Positions 8,530 to 18,810 of a DNA stretch of 32,000 nt are shown in pieces. The notes under the pieces were generated by a model. The model did no database searches. It was given only the letters and a program-made list of their open reading frames with translations, and was not told the DNA's origin. Both the position numbers and the translations under genes were made by a program. The DNA comes from Corynebacterium amycolatum (GTDB lineage Bacteria > Actinomycetota > Actinomycetes > Mycobacteriales > Mycobacteriaceae), in the NCBI RefSeq assembly GCF_049243625.1, contig NZ_CP046975.1; one strand, written 5' to 3'. The stretch's first letter is position 1; each line of letters starts with the position of its first letter.

Positions 8530-9252
8530 CTAGGCCTTGCCGAACCTACGGTCGCGCTTGGCGTACTCCACCACTGCGGAGCGCATGTCATCCCGACCGA
8601 AATCCGGGAAAAGCTTGTCCTGATAGACCATCTCCGCATAGGCGGACTGCCAGATCAAGAAGTTGGACGTGCGCTGCTCGCCCGACGGACGCAGGAACAA
8701 ATCAACATCCGGCATAGTCGGCTCATCCAGGAACTGTGCGAAAGACTTCTCAGTCAAGTCATATTCGCTGAGCTCCCCCGCTGCTGCCTGACGAGCAATC
8801 TCTCTAGCAGCGTCAACAATCTCAGCGCGACCACCGTAGTTGACGCACATATACAGAGTTAGCGCGTCATTGTCCTTCGTCTGTTCCTCGGCGATCTCAA
8901 GCTCTTTAATCACCGAGCGCCACAGGCGCGGACGACGACCTGCCCAACGCACGCGAACGTTCTTCGAATCCAACTCATCACGACGTCGGCGCAGCACATC
9001 ACGATTAAAGCCCATCAGGAATCGGACCTCATCGACAGAACGGCGCCAATTCTCAGTGGAAAATGCGTAGGCCGACAGGTGCTTAACGCCCATCTCCAAA
9101 CAAGAATCGACGCATTCCATCAGCACGGCTTCACCGCGCTTGTGCCCCTCGGTGCGCTTGAGCCCACGCTGCTCGGCCCATCTACCATTGCCGTCCATCA
9201 CAAGCGCGATGTGATTGGGCACGAATTGCTGCGGTACAGGAGGATTCAACAC
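8530..9252 (-). CDS. uppS: Isoprenyl (undecaprenyl/decaprenyl) diphosphate synthase, cis-prenyltransferase
   Basis: 240 aa with a GTG start. It has the hallmark [13 protein letters not shown] and the typical C-terminal RxG region. Confidence 0.92.
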   Translation of the reverse strand: MLNPPVPQQFVPNHIALVMDGNGRWAEQRGLKRTEGHKRGEAVLMECVDSCLEMGVKHLSAYAFSTENWRRSVDEVRFLMGFNRDVLRRRRDELDSKNVRVRWAGRRPRLWRSVIKELEIAEEQTKDNDALTLYMCVNYGGRAEIVDAAREIARQAAAGELSEYDLTEKSFAQFLDEPTMPDVDLFLRPSGEQRTSNFLIWQSAYAEMVYQDKLFPDFGRDDMRSAVVEYAKRDRRFGKA

Positions 9253-9280
9253 GCTTCCTATTGTGCCCCACCGCTACTAT

Positions 9281-10030
9281 TTACTGCCAAAAAGCATCCA
9301 CATGTTCCAGCGCCGGCACCCGGCGGCCCAGGTAGTACTGCAGGTACTTCGCCGTTAGGGTACGCGCCGTCGCCATCCGCCCCTCAAATTCGCTTGACGA
9401 CGTATCGATGCCCGCCCATTGCTCATGAGCAAGCTGCCACATCAGATGCAGAACCTCGGTCGGCGGAGTATCTGCGCCCGGTGGCCTGCAGTTGGTGCAC
9501 ACTGCTCCACCCAGCGCGGGAGAAAACGCATGATGAGGCCCGGCTTTGCCACAGCCCGCGCATTCAAAGAGGCTTGGCTGCCAACCGGCCTGTGCCATTG
9601 CCCGCAGGATGTAGGAGGTCAATACCAAATCGGGGCGATGGCGACCGGCCGCAACGTCGTCGAGCGATTGGGTGGTGAGATCCCACAATTCGGGAGCCGG
9701 CACTTGTTCCTCGCCGACAATACGTTCGGCGACGTCCAGGACTGCACACGCACAGGTGTAGCGCGCATAGTCGTCGACAAGCGGTGTCGCCCACGTGCGC
9801 ACGGTATCTGCGCCTACGATAGTGGACAGCCCCCGGCGTGGGTAGATATTGACATCCACGTCGACGAATGGTGACAGGCGGGAGCCGAAGCGGCTCGTCG
9901 CTCGGCGCACGCCTTTGGCGACACCGCGGACTAGGCCGTGGTCGCGGGTGAAAAGGACGATGATGCGGTCGGCTTCGCCGAGGTCGTAGCGGCGTACGAC
10001 CAGCGCACGGTCGCGATACGGCTCGACCAA
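9281..10030 (-). CDS. recO: DNA repair protein RecO
   Basis: 249 aa with an OB-fold N-terminus (RALVVRRYDLGEADRIIVLFTRDHG) and an intact C4 zinc finger (CAGCG...CTNC). It sits in the conserved era-recO position. Confidence 0.9.
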   Translation of the reverse strand: MVEPYRDRALVVRRYDLGEADRIIVLFTRDHGLVRGVAKGVRRATSRFGSRLSPFVDVDVNIYPRRGLSTIVGADTVRTWATPLVDDYARYTCACAVLDVAERIVGEEQVPAPELWDLTTQSLDDVAAGRHRPDLVLTSYILRAMAQAGWQPSLFECAGCGKAGPHHAFSPALGGAVCTNCRPPGADTPPTEVLHLMWQLAHEQWAGIDTSSSEFEGRMATARTLTAKYLQYYLGRRVPALEHVDAFWQ

Positions 10031-10034
10031 TTTT

Positions 10035-10994
10035 TTAGAATCCCAACTTGCCCAGCTGCTTCGGGTCCGACTGCCAGTCCTTCAACACTTTCACGCGCAG
10101 GTCAAGGTAAACATTTTGACCAAGCAACGCGATGAGTTCCTTACGAGCCTTGTGAATGGTGGTGCCCATGCGTCGACCGTCGCGCCCCATGAGAATGGAC
10201 TTCTGCCCCGAACGCTCGACATAGATAACGGCGTGGACGTCCAGGACGCCTTCGCGGTCCTGGCTTGGTAGCACCTCATCAATCTGGACTGCCACAGAGT
10301 GCGGCAACTCATCGCGCAGACCGCCGAGAGCCGCCTCGCGGATGAGCTCTGCCATCCGAGTGTGCAGATCCTCATCGGTGATGTGACCCTTTGGGTACAG
10401 TCGCGGTCCCTCCGGCAACTGGGAAGCCATTACATCAATCAGCGTGTTGATGTTTTCGCCGGACTTCGACGACAGTGGCACCAGCTCAGCATCCGGACCG
10501 AGCAACTCCTGCAGCTCAATCAGGCGCTCGATAATGGTGTCGCGAGAGACCTTATCCACCTTGGACACAATGCCCATGATGTTCTTGCAACCTTTGGAGA
10601 CGTTCTCGTAGATCCAACGGTCACCGGGGCCAATTTTCTCGTCGGCAGGCACGACCATCGCGACCAGATCCACATCGGAATAGGTCTCCTGAACCATGTC
10701 ATTCAGGCGCTCACCGAGCAGCGTGCGTGGCTTGTGCAGACCGGGCGTATCCACGACAACAATCTGGCAGTTCTCGCGGTGAACCACACCACGCACCGGG
10801 TGACGCGTGGTTTCCGGCTGGTTAGCGGTAATAGCGATCTTCTCGCCCACCAGGGAATTGGTCAGCGTGGACTTACCCGTGTTCGGACGTCCCACAATGG
10901 AAACGAACCCGGAGCGAAAGCCCTCCGGCGCGCTGTAATCATCAGCATCGCCGCCAAGTCCGGCATTGGCCAGCATGTCATCAAGATTGCCCAT
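10035..10994 (-). CDS. era: GTPase Era
   Basis: The track ORF extends to 11075, but I prefer the ATG at 10994 (MGNLDDML...). That start overlaps the upstream gene stop (10981-10983) by 14 nt. Motifs: G1 GRPNTGKST, G3 DTPG, G4 SKVD, and a C-terminal KH region. Confidence 0.92.
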   Translation of the reverse strand: MGNLDDMLANAGLGGDADDYSAPEGFRSGFVSIVGRPNTGKSTLTNSLVGEKIAITANQPETTRHPVRGVVHRENCQIVVVDTPGLHKPRTLLGERLNDMVQETYSDVDLVAMVVPADEKIGPGDRWIYENVSKGCKNIMGIVSKVDKVSRDTIIERLIELQELLGPDAELVPLSSKSGENINTLIDVMASQLPEGPRLYPKGHITDEDLHTRMAELIREAALGGLRDELPHSVAVQIDEVLPSQDREGVLDVHAVIYVERSGQKSILMGRDGRRMGTTIHKARKELIALLGQNVYLDLRVKVLKDWQSDPKQLGKLGF

Positions 10995-12309
10995 CAGTAT
11001 CTTCTTCCTCGGAGTAGAACTCCGCAGTCGGCTCCACCACCACAGTGCGTACCCGCATACGACCACGACGGTCACGCGAGCCCTCGGCGGTAAACTTCAG
11101 TCCTGCATATTCTACGTACGAACCGGGTAGTGGCACACGTCCAAGCGCATAGGCCAACAGACCGGAGACCGTATCCACCTCATCGGTGACCTCATCATCG
11201 AAAACGAGTTGGCGCCCGTGGGCTTCGTCGTAAAGCTCAATGAGCTCGCCCAAGCTGAGGCGCGCCTGCACGCGGTAGGAGGCATCCCCCAGCGGTTCGA
11301 TGGGGGCCTGCTCGGCCTCGTCGTATTCATCGGCAATCTCACCGACAATTTCCTCGAGGATGTCCTCAATAGAGATAAGGCCGGCGACCGATCCATATTC
11401 GTCGATGAGAATGGCGATGTGATTGCGGGTGCGCTGCATTTCATCGAGCAGATCATCCAGTGGCTTGGAGTCGGGTACAAAAACGCAGTTGCGCATGACC
11501 TCGGAGACGCGAACGCCGCGGCCGCCATCAGTACGCGAGTACGTCTGCTGGACAATGTCCTTCAAGTAAATGACGCCGACGATGTCCTCAACGCTCTCGC
11601 CAATCACCGGCAGTCGCGAGTGCCCTGACTTCACACAAAGGGCCACTGCCTGACCACAGTGCTTATCTGCCTCGATCCACACCATCTCTGGGCGCGGAAC
11701 CATAACAACGCGTGCCGACGTTTCCGCGAGATCAAACACAGACTGAATCATGCGGCGCTCATCGTGCTCCACAATGCCGCGCTCCTGGGCGATATCGACC
11801 ATCTCGCGCAACTCGACTTCGGTGGCGAACGGGCCATCGCGGAAGCCACCACCAGGGGTGATGATGTTGCCGAACCAAATCAGCAACTTTTCCAGTGGTC
11901 CCAACACCTTGGCCATAAAACTTAAGACGACCGCGGTGGCAAGGGAAATCGAGTATGGATTCTTCCGACCCATCGTGCGGGAAAACACCCCGAGGACCAG
12001 GAAGGTGAACAGAGCCAGCAACACCACTGCAGCCACAATGGCCCAGCGCTCCGGCTCGAAAAGCTTAAGACAGACCGCCGCAAGCGTCACTGCACCGATT
12101 GACTCGCACAGCGTCCGCAAAATCACCAGCACATTGACGTGCCGAGCCCGATTTTCTACGACCTTGAGAAGCGCATTAGCACCCGCGACCTCGTCACGCT
12201 GCAGCTCTGCCACGCGTGCACGGGAAATCCCTGCGACCGCAGTTTCGACTGTGTTGAGTCCGCCAGCGCAGATCATCGCCACAACGGCGACAATTACCAA
12301 AGTGATCAT
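10981..12309 (-). CDS. CNNM/HlyC-CorC family membrane protein (DUF21 + CBS pair + CorC_HlyC)
   Basis: 442 aa. It has N-terminal TM helices, a CBS-pair region ([15 protein letters not shown]...[20 protein letters not shown]) and a C-terminal CorC/HlyC-like domain. The ATG overlaps the ybeY stop (ATGA). Confidence 0.88.
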   Translation of the reverse strand: MITLVIVAVVAMICAGGLNTVETAVAGISRARVAELQRDEVAGANALLKVVENRARHVNVLVILRTLCESIGAVTLAAVCLKLFEPERWAIVAAVVLLALFTFLVLGVFSRTMGRKNPYSISLATAVVLSFMAKVLGPLEKLLIWFGNIITPGGGFRDGPFATEVELREMVDIAQERGIVEHDERRMIQSVFDLAETSARVVMVPRPEMVWIEADKHCGQAVALCVKSGHSRLPVIGESVEDIVGVIYLKDIVQQTYSRTDGGRGVRVSEVMRNCVFVPDSKPLDDLLDEMQRTRNHIAILIDEYGSVAGLISIEDILEEIVGEIADEYDEAEQAPIEPLGDASYRVQARLSLGELIELYDEAHGRQLVFDDEVTDEVDTVSGLLAYALGRVPLPGSYVEYAGLKFTAEGSRDRRGRMRVRTVVVEPTAEFYSEEEDTDGQS

Positions 12310-12839
12310 CGCTCGTTAGAACGCTCCGGGAACGCATTGGGGTTGATTGGTTTTTCGGAAAAGCTCACGCCACGACGATCGATGTCGTCGTACCAGTCCG
12401 CCAACAGACCATTCTGCAGAGAGAACATCTGGCGCTCTTCCTCCGCCGTGACATGGTCATAGCCCAACAGGTGTAGTACGCCGTGCACGGTGAGCAAAAC
12501 CAACTCGTGGCTCAGCGGATGGCCTGCACGCTCCGCCTGCCCCGCGGCAAACTCCGGGCACAACACAATGTCGCCCAGCATCGCAGGCCCTGGGCTAGCT
12601 GCATCCGGTCGGCCAGAGCCAGGAGTGAGCTCATCCATCGGGAAGCTCATCACATCCGTCGGCCCCGGCAGATCCAGCCAGCGCACATGGAGGTCTTCGA
12701 TTGTCTTCAAGTCGACAATGTGAATGCTCAGCTCAGCTGCCGGATGCACGTCCAGGCGCCCCAGCGCATACCGGGCAACGTCGATAAGCGACTCTTCATT
12801 GACGCCCTGACCGGACTCGTTGAAAACTTCAATGCTCAT
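12306..12839 (-). CDS. ybeY: rRNA maturation endoribonuclease YbeY
   Basis: 177 aa with the zinc motif [11 protein letters not shown]. It sits in the conserved phoH-ybeY-CBS-era context. Confidence 0.92.
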   Translation of the reverse strand: MSIEVFNESGQGVNEESLIDVARYALGRLDVHPAAELSIHIVDLKTIEDLHVRWLDLPGPTDVMSFPMDELTPGSGRPDAASPGPAMLGDIVLCPEFAAGQAERAGHPLSHELVLLTVHGVLHLLGYDHVTAEEERQMFSLQNGLLADWYDDIDRRGVSFSEKPINPNAFPERSNER

Positions 12840-12855
12840 GTAATTTCAGCGTCCT

Positions 12856-13884
12856 TTATCGCTTTGTGGCGGACTGTCGCTTTTGTGGGGACTCGGCGCC
12901 CTGCTCAATACCTTCGTTATAGGCATCGTAGTCATCGTAGGCCTCGACAATTGCGGTCACCAGCGGGTTGCGCACCACATCTGCGGCGGCCAACGCCGGA
13001 AAAGCAATTCCCGGCACGCCGCGCAGCACCTCACGGGCGACGGCCAGACCAGACTTCTGCCCACGGGGTAGGTCGACCTGGCTGGCATCGCCGGTGATGA
13101 CCATCTTCGAACCAAAGCCCAGGCGGGTGAGGAACATTTTCATCTGCGCCGGAGTAGTGTTCTGTGCCTCGTCGAGAATGATGAACGCATTGTTCAAGGT
13201 ACGACCGCGCATGTACGCCAGCGGTGCGACCTCCACTACCCCAGTTTCCATCAGCTTTGGAATCAACTCTGGCTCAAGCATTTCGCGCATCGCATCATGC
13301 AATGGGCGCAGGTAGGGGTCGATCTTCTCGTGCAGCGTACCCGGCAGGAAGCCCAGGTTCTCACCCGCCTCCACTGCGGGGCGAGTCAGAATAATGCGTT
13401 CTACCTGCTTATTCTTCAGCGCAGCAACGGCCTTGGCCATGGCCAGGAACGTCTTGCCCGTACCGGCGGGGCCGATACCGAAAACAACGTTATAGCGGTC
13501 GATGGCATCGACATAGTTTTTTTGTCCCTCTGTCTTGGGACGCACGGTCTTGCCACGATGAGTCACGATGCCGCCACCGAGCACCTCGCTGGCGGACTTC
13601 TCCCCGCGATCCACAATGCCCACCGCGTGCCGCACCGACTCCGGGGAGAGCTCGTGCCCACGACGGGCCATCGCCTCCAGCTCCTTGAAAGCGCGGACAG
13701 CCAACGAAACATCCGCCGGAGCACCCTTGATTGTCACAACCCCGCCGCGGACATGAATATCCGCTGCCAGCAGAGATTCCAACAGCCGCAGATTCTGGTC
13801 CGCATAGCCGACCACGATCGGCGCGAGATTGTCATCGAGCTCGACGACGGCAGTGGTACGAGCAGTTACTGAATACTTTGTCAT
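12856..13884 (-). CDS. phoH: PhoH-like ATPase
   Basis: 342 aa with Walker A GPAGTGKTFLA and the PhoH signature (ILTRPAVEAGENLGFLPG, FIILDEAQN). Confidence 0.92.
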   Translation of the reverse strand: MTKYSVTARTTAVVELDDNLAPIVVGYADQNLRLLESLLAADIHVRGGVVTIKGAPADVSLAVRAFKELEAMARRGHELSPESVRHAVGIVDRGEKSASEVLGGGIVTHRGKTVRPKTEGQKNYVDAIDRYNVVFGIGPAGTGKTFLAMAKAVAALKNKQVERIILTRPAVEAGENLGFLPGTLHEKIDPYLRPLHDAMREMLEPELIPKLMETGVVEVAPLAYMRGRTLNNAFIILDEAQNTTPAQMKMFLTRLGFGSKMVITGDASQVDLPRGQKSGLAVAREVLRGVPGIAFPALAAADVVRNPLVTAIVEAYDDYDAYNEGIEQGAESPQKRQSATKR

Positions 13885-13896
13885 TATGCGTCTATC

Positions 13897-14676
13897 CTAC
13901 TGACCACGCGTGGGTGCGCCGCCCCAGCGCTTTGTCAACGGCCCCAGTGCACAAAGAGCAGCAGCTCCAGCAAGGGCACTGCGGAGAACTGTCGGGCCGA
14001 GTACAACCGAGCTCGCACCTGCGCCGCAGAAGGCCTCGAGTTCCCCGGGGCTGACTCCCCCTTCTGGGCCGACGATAAAAAGAACCTTGTCAGCGTTTGC
14101 TGCCCGTGCGGCGAAGTCCACGAACGGAGCTGTTTCCTCCTCGTGCAAAACGGCTGCTGCACCACCTGCTGACGTGGTTTCCCGGATGAGTTGCTCAATA
14201 TCGGCGGAGCTATGTAGGTCAGCGACCGGCGGAATCCATGCACGACGAGCCTGCTTGGCTGCCTCGCGCGCAGCCGACTGCCACTTAGCACGGGACTTAG
14301 TGACCTTCGCGGTACCCTGCCATCGGGCCACACAATTCACGGCCGCCCAGGGGATAATCTCATCGACCCCGGCCTCGGTCATCAAATCGACCGCAAGCTC
14401 AGCACGATCCGACTTCGGCAGCGCCTGCACCACGGTGACGTGCGGGCGCGGACGTGGACGTTCCTCGGCGGCGACCACACGAACGTGGACCTCACGCGGA
14501 TCTACGTGCATGAGCTGTGCCCGCACCACCTTGTCCGCACCATTGGCAAGAAGAATCTCCGAGCCCTCTTTCAGCCTGCGAACGCTGATGTGTTTGGCCT
14601 CCGACCCGAGGATTCGAATGATTTCTTCCGGGCGCGGCAGCTCGGTGAACTCACCGAGAAATACGGGCAAACTCAT
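13897..14676 (-). CDS. rsmE: 16S rRNA (uracil1498-N3)-methyltransferase RsmE
   Basis: 259 aa with an RsmE-type C-terminal motif (FIVGPEGGVSPGELEAF). It occupies the conserved slot between dnaJ and phoH. Confidence 0.85.
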   Translation of the reverse strand: MSLPVFLGEFTELPRPEEIIRILGSEAKHISVRRLKEGSEILLANGADKVVRAQLMHVDPREVHVRVVAAEERPRPRPHVTVVQALPKSDRAELAVDLMTEAGVDEIIPWAAVNCVARWQGTAKVTKSRAKWQSAAREAAKQARRAWIPPVADLHSSADIEQLIRETTSAGGAAAVLHEEETAPFVDFAARAANADKVLFIVGPEGGVSPGELEAFCGAGASSVVLGPTVLRSALAGAAALCALGPLTKRWGGAPTRGQ

Positions 14677-14720
14677 GCGTGTTTCACACTCACTGGAGGG
14701 GGCTTTGGGGATGGCGTCTT

Positions 14721-15851
14721 TTAACGGCGGCGGAAACGGGAGAAGAAACCGTGGCGCTCATTCGAGTCTGCCACCTTGGCATCATCATCGCGGTGCTCGC
14801 GTAGCTTCTCCAGCAGCTCGCGGGACTTGCGGTCCAGCTTCGTCGGCACTGTGACATCGACGTGTGCGACCACGTCGCCATTGCCCTCGCCGCGCAGATG
14901 TGGCATTCCCTTGCCCGACAGGCGAATCTGCTCTGCCGGCTGGGTTCCCGAATCAACCTTGATGGTCATTGGCTCACCGAGCAGGTCGTCGACCTCAAAC
15001 TCGGTACCAAGTGCGGCATCAGCCATGGGCACCTGCACGTTAAAGTGCAAATCATCGCCGTCACGCTCGAATACAGGGTGCGGGTCCATGGCAACTTCCA
15101 CGTAGAGGTCACCCGCTGGGCCACCGCCCGGGCCGACCTCGCCCTGACCTGCCATGCGAATACGCATGCCATCAGAGATACCTGCTGGAACGTTTACCGT
15201 CAGATCACGGCGAGCACGCACGCGACCGTCGCCACCGCAGTTGTTACACGGATCGGGGATGATCTCGCCGGTGCCCTGACAAGTCGGGCACGGCCGCGAG
15301 GTCATCACATTGCCCAGGAAGGAACGCTGGACCTGTTGAATCTCGCCAGTGCCATCACAGCTGGTACACATCTTCGGCTTGGACTTGGACTTCGAGCCGG
15401 TTCCCTCGCACTGGTCACACAGCACCGCGGTGTCCACCGTGATGGGCTTGCGGACACCGGTGAATGCCTCATCGAGGCCCAGAGAAATACGCAGCAGCGC
15501 ATCTGCACCTGGCTGCACACGCGAGCGGCGCTGGCGGGTACCGCCGGCACCGCCGAAGAATGCCTCGAAGATATCGCCGACTCCGCCGCCGCCGAAACCG
15601 CCGAAGCCACCGCCTGGCATACCGCCCTGCGGATTGAGAGGATCTCCTCCCATATCCACAATCCGGCGCTTTTCAGGATCCAGCAGGACCTCGTTCGCTT
15701 CAGAGGCCTCACGGAACTTCTCCGCAGCTTCTTCATCACCCGGATTACGGTCTGGGTGGTACTTGAGCGCCAGCTTTCGGTACGCCTTCTTAATCTCAGC
15801 GTCCGTAGCGTCCTTCTCCACTCCGAGGATGCCGTAATAGTCGCGTGCCAA
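14721..15851 (-). CDS. dnaJ: Chaperone DnaJ (dnaJ2-type, hrcA-linked)
   Basis: 376 aa. It has a J domain (DYYGILGV...KYHPDRNPG), a G/F region and four intact CxxCxGxG repeats. The start codon is TTG (complement of 15849-15851), 2 nt after the hrcA stop, with AAGGAAG about 10 nt upstream. Confidence 0.95.
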   Translation of the reverse strand: MARDYYGILGVEKDATDAEIKKAYRKLALKYHPDRNPGDEEAAEKFREASEANEVLLDPEKRRIVDMGGDPLNPQGGMPGGGFGGFGGGGVGDIFEAFFGGAGGTRQRRSRVQPGADALLRISLGLDEAFTGVRKPITVDTAVLCDQCEGTGSKSKSKPKMCTSCDGTGEIQQVQRSFLGNVMTSRPCPTCQGTGEIIPDPCNNCGGDGRVRARRDLTVNVPAGISDGMRIRMAGQGEVGPGGGPAGDLYVEVAMDPHPVFERDGDDLHFNVQVPMADAALGTEFEVDDLLGEPMTIKVDSGTQPAEQIRLSGKGMPHLRGEGNGDVVAHVDVTVPTKLDRKSRELLEKLREHRDDDAKVADSNERHGFFSRFRRR

Positions 15852-15853
15852 CT

Positions 15854-16891
15854 TTAGCTACTTCCTTTCAATACCCGGCCAACGTACTGTGCAACAGCAG
15901 CAACCGAGGAAATTGTTCCCGGATAATCCATAAATGTGGGGCCAACTACTCCCATGCCACCCAAAATCTCAGTGCCGGTGCCATAGCCAGTTGAAACAAC
16001 TGAAGTAGCGCGCAGCTCCTCGTCCTCGTTTTCCTCACCGATAGAAACGCGAACATGGTGCAAATCCTGCGCGGCCGACAGCAGTTTCAGCACGACCACC
16101 TGTTCTTCGAGAGCCTCAAGAACCATGGGCAACGTAGAAGGTAAGCGACCGGCCATATTACCACGGGTCAAATTCGACGCTCCGGCCAGGATGAGTCTGT
16201 CATTCGGCTTCTCAATCAACGACTCCACCAGCACCGTCGAGCAGCGGATGATTACATCCCGCAAATCGCGCGGGGCGTTAGCTGCAAGATCGGAAATCGC
16301 GATCGACGCGTCGGCAAGTGTGTGCCCCGACATCGCACGGTTGAAATGCTCACGCAACAGCGGCACGAGATCGGGATCCACCGGTGCTGGCAGCTCAACA
16401 TTGCGCTGCTCCACGCGCCCGGTGTCGGTGATGACTACCAGCAACAATCGCGCGTCGGCGAGCTGGACGACCTCGCAGTGTCGGACGCGGGAGACCTCCA
16501 GCGTCGGCACCTGCACCACCGCAACCTGACGGGTTAGCTGAGCCAGCAGCTGCACACTGCGGCGCAGAACGTCCTCCAAATCGACGCCGCCTTCGAGGAA
16601 CTCGAGGATAGCTCGGCGCTCAGCCCGGGACAGCGGCTTAATCTGCGAAAGGTTGTCCACAAATAGGCGGTAGCCCTTCTCAGTCGGGATACGCCCGGAC
16701 GATGCATGTTCCTGCTGGATATAGCCCTCGGCCTCCAGCACAGCCATGTCATTTCTAATGGTCGCCGAGGACACACCCAGATTGTGGCGCTCCACCAGAG
16801 CCTTCGAGCCGACCGGCTCCTGGGAAGCTACGTAATCCGAGACAATTGCCCGAAGAACTTCCTGCCTGCGCTTATCCGTCTGAGATGACAT
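15854..16891 (-). CDS. hrcA: Heat-inducible transcription repressor HrcA
   Basis: 345 aa with an N-terminal winged helix ([42 protein letters not shown]). It forms the conserved pairing with dnaJ. Confidence 0.93.
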   Translation of the reverse strand: MSSQTDKRRQEVLRAIVSDYVASQEPVGSKALVERHNLGVSSATIRNDMAVLEAEGYIQQEHASSGRIPTEKGYRLFVDNLSQIKPLSRAERRAILEFLEGGVDLEDVLRRSVQLLAQLTRQVAVVQVPTLEVSRVRHCEVVQLADARLLLVVITDTGRVEQRNVELPAPVDPDLVPLLREHFNRAMSGHTLADASIAISDLAANAPRDLRDVIIRCSTVLVESLIEKPNDRLILAGASNLTRGNMAGRLPSTLPMVLEALEEQVVVLKLLSAAQDLHHVRVSIGEENEDEELRATSVVSTGYGTGTEILGGMGVVGPTFMDYPGTISSVAAVAQYVGRVLKGSS

Positions 16892-16900
16892 GCGGATAGT

Positions 16901-18064
16901 TTAACTAAGGATGTCAACGATTATTGCGTCGGCCAGCAAACGGCCGCGATTGGTGAGCTGAATCCGCTGACCACCATCGACGGAAACAAACTCCACCATG
17001 CCCGCTTCCGCTTGCCGACGTGCCTTGTCCAATTCATCCTCACCGAGCAGATTGGCATCAATGCCCTCCGCCAGGCGGAGGCCCAGCATAATCTTCTCGG
17101 TGTGTCGATCCTCGGCCGTTAGCCCTTCTGAATCCTTGATTGGCAACTCGCCGCCGGAAATGGTCGCCGCGTAGCGAGCCGGATGCTTGACGTTGTAAAA
17201 CCTCGTGCCATCCAGGTGCGAATGTGCACCAGGCCCCGCACCCCACCAATTTCCATCGCGCCAGTAGAGCATGTTGTGGCGACACTGGCCACCCGGCTTC
17301 GCCCAGTTGGACACCTCATACCAGGAGAAACCGACTTGACTCAGTGCAGCATCGATGCGCTCGTAGCGGTCGGCGAGATCATCGTCGTCAGGCATCGGCA
17401 GCTCACCGCGACGAACCTTACGCGCCATCGCGGTACCTGGCTCGACAATCAGCGAGTACGCCGAAACATGATCAACCTCCGTGGCCAGGACTGCCTCCAA
17501 CGTCGTATCGAGGTCAGCCATCGACTCCCCTGGCGTGCCATAGATAACGTCGAGGTTGATGTGTTCAAAACCGGCCGCGCGGGCCTCCGCCACCGCTGCC
17601 GCAGGACGCCCCGGCGTGTGCGTACGATCCAAAGTGGCCAGCACATGCGGCACAGCCGACTGCATGCCCAAGCTCACACGGGTAAACCCTGCCTCGGCCA
17701 GGCCTTCGAAGAACTCCGGAGAGGTCGACTCGGGATTCGACTCAGTGGTGACCTCGGCGTCGTCGGCAAGCCCAAAACTGTTGCGCACACCGTCGAGCAG
17801 ACGACGAAGACCGCTCGCTCCCAACATCGACGGCGTACCACCGCCGACGAATACGGTGTCGGCGCCACGCGCGAGTTCAGGGTGCTTTACGACGGCCATC
17901 TCGAGCTCAGCCACGATGGCATCGAGGTAGTCTCCCTGCGTCTCGCCACTGCCCAGCTGACCTGGCGTGTACGTGTTGAAATCACAGTAGCCACAACGGG
18001 TGGCGCAGAATGGGACGTGTAAGTAGACACCGAAGGAATCGGTGTGTGCGGAGGCTTCGCTCAC
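16901..18064 (-). CDS. hemW: Radical SAM HemW-like protein (annotated hemN/coproporphyrinogen III oxidase-like)
   Basis: 387 aa with the radical SAM motif CATRCGYCDF. The GTG start overlaps the upstream ORF stop (GTGA). Confidence 0.9.
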   Translation of the reverse strand: MSEASAHTDSFGVYLHVPFCATRCGYCDFNTYTPGQLGSGETQGDYLDAIVAELEMAVVKHPELARGADTVFVGGGTPSMLGASGLRRLLDGVRNSFGLADDAEVTTESNPESTSPEFFEGLAEAGFTRVSLGMQSAVPHVLATLDRTHTPGRPAAAVAEARAAGFEHINLDVIYGTPGESMADLDTTLEAVLATEVDHVSAYSLIVEPGTAMARKVRRGELPMPDDDDLADRYERIDAALSQVGFSWYEVSNWAKPGGQCRHNMLYWRDGNWWGAGPGAHSHLDGTRFYNVKHPARYAATISGGELPIKDSEGLTAEDRHTEKIMLGLRLAEGIDANLLGEDELDKARRQAEAGMVEFVSVDGGQRIQLTNRGRLLADAIIVDILS

Positions 18065-18747
18065 GCATGCTCCTTGGCTCGACGTTGCTTGACGCGGCGA
18101 ACAATTTCATCAATGCGGGCGCGTTCCATCAGGAACTCCGGAGGCCTGCGGCCGCGCAGCGCATTTGCAACTGCCGGATGAGTCTCGGGAACAGCAACGC
18201 ACCAGGCAGCGGCAGCAGACAGCGCACGGCGACCAGACTGCGCGTAAAGCTGCGGAAGCACCACACTACCGAGCTTTTCCACGCCTCGGATGTTTTCGGC
18301 GGAAACCCAGTCGGCGAGTTCCTCCAGGTAGGAGGCCACGGCATCGGAGCGAGCAATCATTGCCTGCGTGACCGTAGGGACTGCAACCGGATGCTTCAAT
18401 GGCGCCGGGATGAGTGACAGCGACTGCACATCCGGTGACTTCGGTGCCGGATGCGGGTGTCGTCGCGGTGTCGAAGCAGAGGAAAGAGTACCGATGCGCC
18501 CCGAGCGAATGCCGGAGGTAAACGCTTGGCGTAGCCCATCAAGTTCACCAATCAGAGGGCGGCAGTCCTCAACGGCCTCGTCAACGATGTCAGCGAGCTC
18601 AAGGACACATTCGTCCACCAGCTCACGATCTACATCAGCAACCGCCTGAGCGAGGTGCTCGATGTGTTCGGCAACTTCGTCACCAATGTCGTAGAGCTCT
18701 TGGGTCACTTCGCGCAGGCGTAGCCGAGCATCGAAGTGGTTAATCAT
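18061..18747 (-). CDS. Hypothetical protein: acidic helical N-terminal domain, Pro/Ser linker, helical C-terminal domain
   Basis: The track ORF starts at GTG 18762. I prefer the ATG at 18747 (MINHFDARLRL...) because GGGAGGG lies 6-7 nt upstream of it. The product is 228 aa and I recognised no family. The stop overlaps the hemW start. Confidence 0.6.
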   Translation of the reverse strand: MINHFDARLRLREVTQELYDIGDEVAEHIEHLAQAVADVDRELVDECVLELADIVDEAVEDCRPLIGELDGLRQAFTSGIRSGRIGTLSSASTPRRHPHPAPKSPDVQSLSLIPAPLKHPVAVPTVTQAMIARSDAVASYLEELADWVSAENIRGVEKLGSVVLPQLYAQSGRRALSAAAAWCVAVPETHPAVANALRGRRPPEFLMERARIDEIVRRVKQRRAKEHA

Positions 18748-18810
18748 TGCCCGCCCTCCCACGACATCTTCGGCCTCGGTGACATCATTTTCGTTTCGTC
18801 TTTCGAACTT

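Noticed and set aside
10995-11075. Upstream extension of era in the track ORF ([20 protein letters not shown]...)
   Set aside because: It lies inside the C-terminal coding region of the CNNM-like gene. Era homology starts after the ATG at 10994. Similar trimmed extensions: dcp 25883-25984, esterase 25701-25982, treS 29395-29457, TPM gene 3393-3413, unknown ORF 18748-18762.
16892-17000. Looked for a CIRCE or HAIR heat-shock operator ahead of hrcA
   Set aside because: No TTAGCACTC-N9-GAGTGCTAA or CTTGAGT-N7-ACTCAAG-like inverted repeat is visible by eye. The TTAGCAC at about 14284 lies inside rsmE and lacks a partner arm.
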